A stretch of 16,012 nucleotides of DNA, taken from IMG/VR virus record IMGVR_UViG_2654587792_000008, positions 1-16,012 of that record. One strand, 5' to 3'. A program made the translations under genes and the position numbers. Of the stretch, positions 7,941-16,012 are shown piece after piece. The notes beneath the pieces were generated by a model. The model was not told the origin of the DNA and did not search any database. It saw only the letters and a list, made by a program, of their open reading frames with translations. Position 1 is the first letter of the stretch; each line of letters opens with the position of its first letter. Source of the DNA: a virus. Its lineage: Duplodnaviria; Heunggongvirae; Uroviricota; Caudoviricetes.

Positions 7941-8516
7941 ATGGCGATAAAAGGGCTTGATCAGGCGATTGAAAATCTGAGCCGGGTTCGTAAAAACGCC
8001 ATTCCGTCGGCTTCAGCAATGGCTATTAACCGCGTGGCTACAACGGCGATTAATCAGTCTTCGTCACAGGTTGCCCGGGAGACCAGGGTGAGCCGGAAAC
8101 TGGTAAAGGAACGGTCCAGACTGAAACGGGCGACGGTCAGAAATCCGAATGCCAAAATTATCGTTAACCGCGGTGATCTCCCTGCTATTAAGCTGGGGAT
8201 CAGGATGCTTGGTCATCGTCCGAACAGCATACTTAAAGCCGGTCAGCATCGTTATCAGCGGGCATTCATCCAGCGATTAAATAATGGGCGCTGGCATGTT
8301 ATGCAACGTTTGCCAGAAGCCCGGTATGCGAAGGGCAATGACGATAAAGGAAGGAAAAAGCGTAATCGTCTTCCCATTCAGGTGGTTAAAATTCCGATGG
8401 CGGCCCCACTGAAGCAGGCTTTTGATGAGAACGTTAACCGTATCCGGCGAGAACGTCTGCCAAAAGAACTGGGCTATGCGTTGAAACAACAACTAAGGAT
8501 TGTGATAAAGCGATGA
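7941..8516 (+). CDS. Z: Tail completion protein (lambda gpZ-like)
   Basis: 191-aa ORF beginning MAIKGL.QA.ENLSR with AMAINRVA, SQVARET, RKLVKER.RLKRATV, VNRGDLP.IKLG, NGRWHVMQR and RIRRERLPKELGYAL..QLR.VIKR, matching recalled lambda gpZ (192 aa). Confidence 0.92.
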   Translation: MAIKGLDQAIENLSRVRKNAIPSASAMAINRVATTAINQSSSQVARETRVSRKLVKERSRLKRATVRNPNAKIIVNRGDLPAIKLGIRMLGHRPNSILKAGQHRYQRAFIQRLNNGRWHVMQRLPEARYAKGNDDKGRKKRNRLPIQVVKIPMAAPLKQAFDENVNRIRRERLPKELGYALKQQLRIVIKR

Positions 8517-8908
8517 AACATACTGATATCCGTGCTGCAGTGCTGGATGCACTCGAGCAGCATGAACACGGGGCGACGCTGTTTGATGGTCGCCCCGCTG
8601 TTTTTGATGAGGCGGATTTTCCGGCAATTGCTGTTTATCTCACCGGCGCTGAATACACGGGCGAAGCGCTGGACAGCGATACCTGGCAGGCGGAGCTGCA
8701 TATTGAAGTTTTCCTGCCTGCTCAGGTGCCGGATTCAGAGCTGGATTCGTGGATGGAAAGCCGGATTTATCCGGCGATGAGTGCGATCCCGGCACTGTCA
8801 GGCCTGATTACCACGATGGTTACGCAGGGCTATGAGTATCGTCGTGATGACGATATGGCGTTATGGAGTTCTGCTGATTTGACTTATTCCATTACATACG
8901 AGATGTGA
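8513..8908 (+). CDS. U: Tail terminator protein (lambda gpU-like)
   Basis: 131-aa ORF (lambda gpU is 131 aa) in the canonical position between Z and V; start overlaps the Z stop. Called by synteny, size and general similarity to recalled gpU. Confidence 0.88.
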   Translation: MKHTDIRAAVLDALEQHEHGATLFDGRPAVFDEADFPAIAVYLTGAEYTGEALDSDTWQAELHIEVFLPAQVPDSELDSWMESRIYPAMSAIPALSGLITTMVTQGYEYRRDDDMALWSSADLTYSITYEM

Positions 8909-8915
8909 GGACGAT

Positions 8916-9668
8916 ATGCCAACACCAAATCCTCTGGCACCGGTAAAAGGTGCCGGTACCACCCTGTGGGTTTATAACGGTCAGGGTGATGCCTATGCAA
9001 ACCCGTTGTCAGACGATAACTGGCAGCGACTGGCACAGGTAAAGGATCTGACGCCGGGCGAGATGACGGCAGAACCCTACGATGATAACTACCTGGATGA
9101 TGAAGACGCGGACTGGACCGCGACCGGGCAGGGGCAGAAGTCTGCAGGAGATACCAGTTTTACGCTGGCCTGGAAACCGGGAGAAGAAGGTCAGAAAGGG
9201 CTTATAGGCTGGTTTGAAAGCGGGGATGTGCGGGCCTATAAAATCCGTTTCCCGAACGGCACGGTGGATGTGTTCCGTGGCTGGGTCAGCAGTATCGGTA
9301 AGGCCGTAACGGCGAAGGAAGTGATCACCCGTACGGTGAAAGTGACCAACGTGGGTAAACCTTCTGTGGCGGAAGAACGCAGCGAAATTACGCCGGTCAC
9401 TGCGATTAAGGTGACGCCGACATCTGGTACGGTGGCAAAAGGGAAAACAACAACCCTGACGGTTTCTTTTGAGCCGGAAAGTGCAACCGACAAAACGTTC
9501 AGAGCGGTTTCCGCCGATCCGTCAACGGGAACCATTGCTGTGAAAGATATGGCGATCACTGTGACGGGGGTTAAGGCTGGAAAAGTGAGTATCCCCGTGA
9601 TTTCCGGTAATGGTCAGTTTGCCACGGTAGCTGAAGTCACCGTTACTGAAGCGGGCGCTGCAGGGTAA
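8916..9668 (+). CDS. V: Major tail tube protein (lambda gpV-like) with C-terminal Ig-like domain
   Basis: 250-aa ORF. Conserved [86 protein letters not shown] and a C-terminal Thr/Val-rich beta segment (FRAVSAD...SGNG.FA.VAE.TVT) typical of the gpV Ig-like domain. Confidence 0.93.
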   Translation: MPTPNPLAPVKGAGTTLWVYNGQGDAYANPLSDDNWQRLAQVKDLTPGEMTAEPYDDNYLDDEDADWTATGQGQKSAGDTSFTLAWKPGEEGQKGLIGWFESGDVRAYKIRFPNGTVDVFRGWVSSIGKAVTAKEVITRTVKVTNVGKPSVAEERSEITPVTAIKVTPTSGTVAKGKTTTLTVSFEPESATDKTFRAVSADPSTGTIAVKDMAITVTGVKAGKVSIPVISGNGQFATVAEVTVTEAGAAG

Positions 9669-9681
9669 ACGGAGGTAATAC

Positions 9682-10113
9682 ATGTTTCTGAAAACCGAAC
9701 AATTTGAATATAACGGTGTGTCCGTCACGCTTTCCGAGCTGTCTGCGCTGCAGCGTATCGAGCATCTTGCCCTGCTGAAACGACGGGCAGAACAGGCTGA
9801 AGCCAGCGGTAACCTGCAGGTGAGCGTGGAAGACCTTGTCAGAACCGGCGCGTTTCTGGTGGCGATGTCCCTGTGGCATAACCATCCACAGAAAACGGAG
9901 TCACCATCAATGAATGAGGCTGTGATGCAGATCGAACAGGAGGTGCTCACCACCTGGCCTGCTGATGCCATTGCCCGGGCGGAAGACGTGGTGTTGCGTC
10001 TGTCCGGGATGAGCGGGGCTGTTCATGTGGATACGGATATCACCGAAGTGGCGAAAAATAACGCGCTTACTGATGATGATTTTTCTGCGGGAAAGTCTTC
10101 GACGGCGAGCTGA
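9682..10113 (+). CDS. G: Tail assembly chaperone (lambda gpG-like)
   Basis: 143-aa ORF (lambda gpG is about 140 aa) immediately after V with RBS GGAGGT. Contains the conserved GGGAAAG slippery heptamer near its 3' end. Confidence 0.9.
   Translation: MFLKTEQFEYNGVSVTLSELSALQRIEHLALLKRRAEQAEASGNLQVSVEDLVRTGAFLVAMSLWHNHPQKTESPSMNEAVMQIEQEVLTTWPADAIARAEDVVLRLSGMSGAVHVDTDITEVAKNNALTDDDFSAGKSSTAS
10089..10095 (+). promoter_or_regulatory. Programmed -1 ribosomal frameshift slippery site (G GGA AAG) for G-T fusion
   Basis: GGGAAAG at 10089-10095 lies in the G zero frame as G|GGA|AAG, the same heptamer and register as the lambda G-T site. The downstream -1 frame is open to 10553. Confidence 0.8.
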
Positions 10114-10553
10114 ATTTTGCCCTCAGACTGGCGCGTGAGATGGGGAGGCCTGACTGGCGCGCCATGCTTGCCGGGATGACATCCACCGAATATGCCGACT
10201 GGCGACATTTTTACCGCACGCATTATTTTCAGGATACCCAGCTGGATATGCATTTTTCCGGGCTGATGTACGCTGTACTCAGCCTGTTTTTTTGCGATCC
10301 GGATATGCATCCCTCTGATTTCAGTCTGCTTGTCCCCCGGCATGAGGAAGAGCAGGTGGAGAGGCTGGATGAGGACAAAATGCTGATGCAGAAAGCGGCA
10401 GGACTTGCCGGAGGCGTCCGGTTCGGTGGGGACGGAGGGCGCGATATTTTATCGTCTGCGGATGTGGCGGATGTCATGGTGGATGATGCCGCATTAATGA
10501 TGGCTTCAGCGGGGATTCCAGGAGGTGTGAGATATGTCCCAGCCGGTTGGTGA
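10095..10553 (+). CDS. T: Tail assembly protein T-frame segment (lambda gpT-like), expressed as a G-T fusion by -1 frameshift; no independent start assumed
   Basis: The -1 frame relative to G is open from the slippery site to the stop at 10553, and its 3' end overlaps the H start (10534), as in lambda G/T/H. The ORF-track ATG at 10140 is in this frame. Confidence 0.78.
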   Translation, partial: VFDGELNFALRLAREMGRPDWRAMLAGMTSTEYADWRHFYRTHYFQDTQLDMHFSGLMYAVLSLFFCDPDMHPSDFSLLVPRHEEEQVERLDEDKMLMQKAAGLAGGVRFGGDGGRDILSSADVADVMVDDAALMMASAGIPGGVRYVPAGW

Positions 10554-11160
10554 TCTTATTATTGACCTGAGTCTGGATGCGGTCCGTTTCGATGAGCAGA
10601 TGAGCCGGGTAAGGCGTCATTTTTCAGGACTGGATACTGACGCCAGAAAAACCGCCAGTGCTGTTGAACAGGGCCTGAGCCGCCAGGCGCTGGCTGCACA
10701 AAAAGCCGGGATTTCCGTCGGGCAGTATAAAGCGGCCATGCGAACCCTGCCCGCACAGTTTACGGATATCGCCACGCAGCTTGCCGGTGGTCAGAATCCC
10801 TGGCTGATCCTGCTGCAACAGGGCGGTCAGGTGAAGGACTCCTTCGGCGGGATGATCCCCATGCTCAGGGGGCTTGCCGGTGCGATCACCCTGCCGATGG
10901 TCGGGGTCACCTCGCTGGCGGTGGCGACAGGTGCGCTGGCGTACGCCTGGTACCAGGGGGATTCCACGCTTTCAGCGTTTAATAAAACCCTGGTTCTTTC
11001 CGGTAATCAGTCCGGACTGACTGCCGATCGTATGCTGACTCTCTCAAGAGCCGGGCAGGCAGCAGGGCTGACGTTTAACCAGGCGAGAGAGTCACTGGCT
11101 GTATTGATTCACTTGAAGTACGAAAAAAACCGGGAGGACATTGGATTATTCGGGATCTGA
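10534..11160 (+). pseudogene. H: Tape measure protein gene H, 5' fragment only (about 188 native codons), disrupted by Mu insertion; frame runs 20 codons into Mu before a stop
   Basis: N-terminus VGDL..DLSLDA.RFDEQM.RVRRHFSG ... ALAAQKAGISVGQYKAAMR.LPAQFTD.ATQLAGGQ.PWLILLQQGGQVKDSFGGMIPM.RGLAGAITLPMVG.TSLAVATGALAYAWYQG.STLS.FNKTLVLSGNQ.GLTADRML.LSRAGQAAGLTFNQ matches recalled lambda gpH (853 aa). Similarity ends at about 11099, where the Mu terminus begins. Confidence 0.9.
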
Positions 11161-11271
11161 TGGGATTAGATTTGGTGGGGCTTGCAAGCCTGTAGCGCAA
11201 ATTTTAGTCGTTAATCAATGAAACGCGAAAGATAGTAAAAAATTGCTTTTGTTTCATTGAAAATACGAAAA
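11100..11271 (+). repeat. Mu attL with transposase-binding sites L1 (about 11105-11126), L2 (about 11210-11231) and L3 (about 11250-11271)
   Basis: L1 TGATTCACTTGAAGTACGAAAA and L3 TGTTTCATTGAAAATACGAAAA fit the MuA site consensus TGNTTCAYTNNAAGYRCGAAAR. L2 (TTAATCAATGAAACGCGAAAG) is a weaker match. Spacing corresponds to Mu coordinates 6-27, 111-132 and 151-172. Confidence 0.85.
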
Positions 11272-11437
11272 ACAAAAACACTGCAAATCATTTCAATAAC
11301 AGCTTCAAAAAACGTTCAAAACCGATAACAACCAAGCTGTCACCAAATGACTCATATCACAAATCAGCTTATGCCGTTTAGGTATGTTACATGTGTGATT
11401 ATGTGAGGTGAAGTATGTTTTAGCTGGTTCATGGTTG

Positions 11438-12028
11438 TTATACGGCTTTTTTTACCTCCTGTGGTTCCTGTGAAGGTACTACAACACTTTCCTGTTCATG
11501 AATCCCATACTTTGACAAAATCTCTTTGCGTTTTTCTTCAGGTAATGCATCTAGCATCATCAACGTCTGAATACTTTGCTGTGAAAATCCTATAAAGCTG
11601 TAAAGTTTCTGTTCATTAAATACAAGAGGCATTAACGCCAACAACCCCCCTTTACTTAAAAGTTTCAGTGCCTTGCGTGCTTCATCTGGTTCCAGCTCTT
11701 CAATCATATTGATTAAGGTTGTGGTTAATTTGTTTATCAGTTCCGAAGAATCCTGTTTCTCATTGGCTTGAGCACCAGTATCCGGTGTGGATAACCCCAA
11801 GTGCGCAATAACTTGCTCTCGTTCTTTGGTGGGCATCGACATCACATCGTATTCAACAGCTTTCCCCCCCTTGACACCTTCCTTTTTTCGCTTCGTCCAG
11901 CCTTGAACATTTGCTCGATAGTGAACACCAGCAACAGATCCAGGCATACCATCAGCAGCCATAATTTCTTGCGGCGAACACCAAATTGACTTTTCAGTAT
12001 TATCCTTTTCTATAAAGTTACTTTTCAA
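11438..12028 (-). CDS. c: Mu repressor c
   Basis: 196-aa ORF on the - strand: MKSNFIEK.NTEKSIWCSPQEIMAADGMPGSVAGVHYRANVQGWTKRKKEGVKGGKAVEY..., matching recalled Mu Rep (196 aa). Divergent from ner across the operator region. Confidence 0.95.
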   Translation of the reverse strand: MKSNFIEKDNTEKSIWCSPQEIMAADGMPGSVAGVHYRANVQGWTKRKKEGVKGGKAVEYDVMSMPTKEREQVIAHLGLSTPDTGAQANEKQDSSELINKLTTTLINMIEELEPDEARKALKLLSKGGLLALMPLVFNEQKLYSFIGFSQQSIQTLMMLDALPEEKRKEILSKYGIHEQESVVVPSQEPQEVKKAV

Positions 12029-12197
12029 AATTTAAACCCCTTATTTATCAACGCGTTAATCAGTAATCAAAGGAATTTACCAAAAAGCAGCTTTACAAAA
12101 AGCTTTTCAGTAATTATCTTTTTAGCAAGCTAGCTAAGTTTTTACACTTAGTTAAATTGCTAACTTTATAGATTACAAAACTTAGGAGGGTTTTTAA
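12029..12197. promoter_or_regulatory. Mu early regulatory region: operators O1-O3, IHF site, divergent promoters Pe and Pc, overlapping the transposition enhancer
   Basis: AT-rich 169-bp region between divergent c and ner, about 930-1098 bp from the Mu left end, where these elements lie in Mu. Individual operator boundaries are not resolved here. SD TAGGAGGG precedes the ner ATG. Confidence 0.7.
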
Positions 12198-12425
12198 ATG
12201 TGTTCCAACGAAAAGGCCCGTGATTGGCATCGTGCGGATGTGATTGCGGGACTTAAGAAAAGAAAGCTCTCTTTATCAGCTCTTTCCCGGCAGTTTGGTT
12301 ATGCGCCAACTACATTAGCTAATGCGCTAGAACGACACTGGCCAAAGGGTGAGCAGATTATTGCTAACGCCTTAGAAACTAAACCGGAAGTAATCTGGCC
12401 TAGCCGATATCAAGCAGGTGAGTAA
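12198..12425 (+). CDS. ner: Mu Ner (negative regulator of early transcription; small DNA-binding protein)
   Basis: 75-aa [78 protein letters not shown], matching recalled Mu Ner (75 aa) and its position. Confidence 0.93.
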
Positions 12426-12426
12426 C

Positions 12427-14418
12427 ATGGAACTTTGGGTATCACCGAAAGAGTGTGCGAATCTTCCTGGTTTGCCGAAAACATCGGCTGGTGTGATTTA
12501 TGTTGCTAAAAAGCAAGGATGGCAAAACCGCACTAGAGCAGGTGTCAAAGGTGGTAAAGCAATTGAATACAATGCGAACTCTTTACCTGTTGAAGCGAAA
12601 GCGGCGTTATTGCTGAGACAAGGAGAGATTGAAACAAGCCTGGGGTATTTTGAAATCGCCCGCCCCACGCTGGAAGCCCATGATTATGATCGTGAGGCAC
12701 TGTGGAGCAAATGGGATAACGCCAGCGATTCCCAGCGCAGACTTGCTGAAAAATGGTTGCCTGCGGTTCAGGCTGCAGACGAAATGCTGAACCAGGGGAT
12801 TTCAACGAAAACGGCTTTTGCGACCGTTGCAGGGCATTACCAGGTCAGCGCATCCACTTTGCGGGACAAGTATTACCAGGTACAGAAGTTTGCGAAGCCT
12901 GACTGGGCGGCTGCACTTGTTGATGGACGTGGAGCATCCCGTCGCAATGTTCACAAAAGTGAATTTGACGAGGATGCCTGGCAGTTTCTGATTGCAGATT
13001 ATCTGCGACCGGAAAAACCCGCTTTCCGCAAATGTTATGAGCGTCTGGAACTGGCAGCCCGCGAGCATGGCTGGAGTATTCCCTCCCGTGCCACGGCCTT
13101 TCGCCGGATTCAGCAACTGGACGAGGCAATGGTTGTTGCCTGTCGTGAAGGTGAACATGCACTGATGCATCTGATACCGGCACAGCAGCGAACTGTGGAA
13201 CACCTGGACGCCATGCAGTGGATCAACGGCGACGGTTATCTGCATAACGTCTTTGTACGCTGGTTTAACGGTGATGTGATCCGTCCGAAAACATGGTTCT
13301 GGCAGGATGTGAAAACCCGAAAAATTCTGGGCTGGCGCTGCGATGTGAGCGAGAACATTGATTCAATTCGCCTCTCGTTCATGGATGTTGTGACTCGCTA
13401 CGGTATCCCGGAGGATTTTCACATCACCATTGATAACACCCGTGGTGCTGCGAATAAATGGCTGACGGGAGGCGCGCCCAATCGCTACCGCTTTAAGGTA
13501 AAAGAGGACGATCCAAAAGGGCTGTTTTTACTGATGGGTGCGAAAATGCACTGGACAAGCGTTGTTGCTGGTAAAGGCTGGGGCCAGGCAAAACCTGTTG
13601 AACGTGCTTTCGGTGTTGGTGGGCTTGAGGAATACGTTGATAAGCATCCGGCACTGGCTGGCGCATATACGGGGCCTAATCCGCAGGCAAAACCTGATAA
13701 CTATGGCGACCGCGCTGTTGATGCAGAGCTGTTTCTGAAAACCCTTGCCGAAGGTGTGGCGATGTTCAATGCCAGAACAGGCCGTGAAACAGAAATGTGC
13801 GGAGGCAAACTTTCGTTTGATGACGTTTTTGAGCGTGAATACGCCAGAACGATTGTGCGTAAGCCTACCGAAGAGCAAAAACGGATGCTGTTACTGCCTG
13901 CCGAGGCGGTGAACGTTTCACGCAAAGGCGAGTTTACGCTTAAAGTTGGCGGCTCCCTTAAAGGCGCGAAAAACGTTTATTACAACATGGCGTTAATGAA
14001 TGCCGGAGTGAAAAAAGTTGTGGTCAGATTTGATCCACAGCAGTTACACAGCACGGTTTATTGCTACACCCTGGACGGTCGGTTTATCTGTGAAGCGGAA
14101 TGTCTGGCACCTGTTGCGTTTAATGATGCTGCGGCAGGTCGTGAATATCGCCGCCGCCAGAAACAACTGAAATCTGCGACGAAAGCAGCGATTAAGGCAC
14201 AGAAACAAATGGATGCACTGGAAGTGGCAGAGCTGCTGCCGCAGATAGCCGAACCTGAAGCACCAGAATCACGAATTGTCGGCATTTTCCGGCCTTCCGG
14301 TAATACGGAACGAGTGAAGAATCAGGAGCGTGATGATGAATACGAAACTGAGCGTGATGAATATCTGAATCATTCGCTGGATATTCTGGAACAGAACAGA
14401 CGTAAAAAAGCCATTTAA
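12427..14418 (+). CDS. A: Mu transposase MuA (DDE transposase)
   Basis: Start placed at ATG 12427 ([32 protein letters not shown]...), giving 663 aa, the known MuA length. The ORF-track GTG at 12418 would add 3 residues. Full-length similarity to recalled MuA, including the enhancer-binding N-terminal domain and basic C-terminal region. Confidence 0.95.
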
Positions 14419-14456
14419 TTAACGTTTAAACAAAATTTAATTACGAGGTTATTCAG

Positions 14457-15395
14457 ATGAATATTTCCGATATTCGCGCAGGACTGCGCACGCTTGTAGA
14501 AAATGAAGAAACCACCTTTAAACAAATTGCTCTTGAGAGCGGACTTTCTACCGGAACTATCAGTAGTTTTATCAATGATAAGTACAACGGGGATAACGAG
14601 CGTGTTTCACAAATGCTGCAACGCTGGCTGGAAAAATATCATGCAGTTGCAGAACTACCTGAACCGCCCCGCTTTGTGGAAACGCAGACGGTAAAACAAA
14701 TCTGGACAAGTATGCGTTTTGCCAGCCTGACTGAAAGTATTGCTGTTGTATGTGGCAATCCTGGTGTGGGCAAAACCGAAGCGGCCCGTGAATATCGCCG
14801 CACCAATAACAATGTCTGGATGATCACCATTACGCCATCCTGTGCCAGCGTTCTGGAATGTCTTACTGAACTGGCGTTTGAGCTGGGAATGAATGACGCA
14901 CCACGCCGTAAAGGGCCGCTCTCCCGCGCCCTGCGACGTCGCCTTGAAGGTACACAGGGGCTGGTTATCATCGACGAAGCTGATCATCTTGGTGCCGAAG
15001 TTCTGGAAGAACTCCGCCTGTTACAGGAATCAACCCGTATTGGCCTTGTGCTGATGGGAAATCACCGGGTTTATTCAAATATGACGGGGGGTAACAGAAC
15101 GGTTGAATTTGCCCGTCTGTTTTCCCGTATTGCAAAGCGCACTGCAATTAATAAAACCAAAAAAGCCGATGTAAAAGCTATTGCGGATGCCTGGCAGATT
15201 AACGGCGAAAAAGAACTGGAGTTATTACAGCAGATTGCGCAGAAACCAGGTGCGCTTCGCATTCTGAATCATTCACTTCGCCTTGCAGCCATGACGGCTC
15301 ACGGTAAAGGTGAGCGTGTTAACGAAGATTATCTGCGTCAGGCTTTCCGTGAATTAGACCTGGACGTTGATATTTCAACGCTGCTGCGTAATTAA
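14457..15395 (+). CDS. B: Mu transposition target-DNA activator MuB (AAA+ ATPase)
   Basis: 312-aa ORF (MuB is 312 aa). Walker A GNPGVGKT at about 14751-14777 and Walker B LVIIDEADHL, with an N-terminal HTH-like segment. Immediately downstream of A. Confidence 0.95.
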   Translation: MNISDIRAGLRTLVENEETTFKQIALESGLSTGTISSFINDKYNGDNERVSQMLQRWLEKYHAVAELPEPPRFVETQTVKQIWTSMRFASLTESIAVVCGNPGVGKTEAAREYRRTNNNVWMITITPSCASVLECLTELAFELGMNDAPRRKGPLSRALRRRLEGTQGLVIIDEADHLGAEVLEELRLLQESTRIGLVLMGNHRVYSNMTGGNRTVEFARLFSRIAKRTAINKTKKADVKAIADAWQINGEKELELLQQIAQKPGALRILNHSLRLAAMTAHGKGERVNEDYLRQAFRELDLDVDISTLLRN

Positions 15396-15410
15396 GAAGG
15401 AGAAGAAATT

Positions 15411-15638
15411 ATGATGGCCCGAAATATAAAAATGGCAACGGATGCGCAGAACTGGTTACAGGCGCGCGGGAGTCATGTAAATGAATCATATCTCGGCGTG
15501 GCGCGTCCGATTCTTGAAATCACTTACCCACCGGTGGAACTGGTAAAAAACGCGGTCAGAATTATGGAGCATAAATCCGGAGTTGCCCGTTCTGTATGGA
15601 CGGCCCGTCTTAATGGTTGCCAGATTATCTGGAGATAA
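15411..15638 (+). CDS. kil: Mu Kil-like small protein (first gene of the semi-essential region downstream of B)
   Basis: 75-aa ORF directly after B with RBS AAGGAGAAG. Position and size agree with Mu kil (about 74 aa). Called by synteny and size; I cannot verify residue-level identity from memory. Confidence 0.6.
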
Positions 15639-15640
15639 CG

Positions 15641-15871
15641 ATGTGTATTAAAGCTGAAAAATATATTGAATGGGTTAAACACTGTCAGTGCCACGGGGTG
15701 CCGCTGACGACATATAAATGCCCCGGATGTGGTGAACAGATTATGACGCAATGCTCACCCGAAAAGGAAATTCGGGATTCCATGACATGTTGTCCGTGGT
15801 GCAGCGCAGTTTTCTTTAAACAGGTAAAAGGCGCGAAGGTAAAAGCCAGCGCGGTTATTCAGAATCAATAA
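15641..15871 (+). CDS. Small Cys-rich protein (putative zinc-ribbon), Mu early/semi-essential region, function unknown
   Basis: ATG at 15641 with GGAGA RBS (the ORF-track TTG at 15617 overlaps kil). 76 aa with CQCH...CPGCGEQ...CSPEKE...CCPWC, giving paired CxxC-type spacing suggestive of a Zn-binding ribbon. Position corresponds to the ORF after kil in Mu. Confidence 0.5.
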   Translation: MCIKAEKYIEWVKHCQCHGVPLTTYKCPGCGEQIMTQCSPEKEIRDSMTCCPWCSAVFFKQVKGAKVKASAVIQNQ

Positions 15872-16012
15872 GGTGAAACAAAATGGCAAAAGTAATTATT
15901 GAAATTAAAAATACAGGTGATGCTGCCAACTTACTGATTTAGTGTATGATGGTGTTTTTGAGGTGCTCCAGTGGCTTCTGTTTCTATCAGCTGTCCCTCC
16001 TGTTCAGCTACT

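Larger units (their letters stand above)
11100..16012 (+). mobile_element. Bacteriophage Mu-type transposable prophage, left end and early region (attL through B, kil and beyond); continues past the window
   Basis: Terminus TGTATTGATTCACTTGAAGTACGAAAAAAACCGGGAGGACATTGG at 11100 matches the recalled Mu left end. The c/ner/A/B order, orientation and distances from the end (c stop about 339 bp, ner start about 1099 bp) match canonical Mu. c, Ner, MuA and MuB proteins match recalled Mu sequences. Confidence 0.95.

Noticed and set aside
11161-11437. Possible gene or novel element in the 277-bp gap between the H' stop and the c stop
   Set aside because: This is the Mu left-end noncoding region carrying L2 and L3 and the 3' flank of c. 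No ORF of significant length, and the spacing matches canonical Mu.
12418-12426. GTG 12418 as the MuA start (666 aa)
   Set aside because: MuA is 663 aa starting MELWVSPKE; the ATG at 12427 reproduces that exactly, and 12418 overlaps the ner stop.
12802-13245. 147-aa antisense ORF inside MuA
   Set aside because: Embedded antisense to the transposase core with no support; Mu has no known gene here.
15883-15942. 19-codon ORF (MAKVIIEIKNTGDAANLLI) after the Cys-rich ORF
   Set aside because: Too short to call from sequence alone and it ends near the window edge. It may be a real small Mu protein or leader peptide, but this is unsupported.
1-16012. Novel defence or other undescribed multi-gene system
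   Set aside because: Every ORF of significant size is accounted for by lambda-like morphogenesis genes or Mu early genes in canonical order. There are no unexplained gene clusters, CRISPR repeats, toxin-antitoxin-like pairs or nuclease/ATPase islands, so such a claim would be unsupported.
1-16012. tRNA, rRNA or CRISPR array
   Set aside because: No cloverleaf-like conserved tRNA features seen in intergenic regions, no rRNA-like sequence, and no regularly spaced direct repeats with unique spacers. The only tandem repeats are the in-frame coding repeats in C.

Overview
The window holds two well-known phage modules and no unassigned coding space. Positions 1..~11099 are the late morphogenesis operon of a lambda-like (lambdoid) prophage, all on the + strand in canonical lambda order: terminase small subunit (Nu1-like), terminase large subunit (A), head-tail joining protein (W), portal (B), head protease/scaffold (C, with a probable nested Nu3-like start), decoration protein (D), major capsid protein (E), FI, FII, Z, U, major tail protein (V), G, the G-T frameshift partner, and the 5' end of the tape-measure gene H. 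The proteins are clearly homologous to phage lambda but not identical, so this is a lambda relative rather than lambda itself. At position 11100 the H gene is interrupted by the left end (attL) of a bacteriophage Mu-type transposable prophage, which runs to the window edge: terminal TGTATTGATTCACTTGAAGTACGAAAAAAA, L1/L2/L3 transposase-binding sites, repressor c on the - strand, the operator/enhancer region, then ner, transposase A, B, a kil-like ORF and a small Cys-rich ORF. I found no CRISPR array, tRNA, rRNA, or cluster of unexplained genes, so I cannot support a claim of a novel system. The points worth a second look are the Mu-in-prophage insertion, a tandem-repeat expansion in the scaffold domain of C, a terminator hairpin after the capsid gene, and a palindrome between D and E. 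All homology calls rest on recalled lambda and Mu sequences plus motifs read directly; no database search was run.
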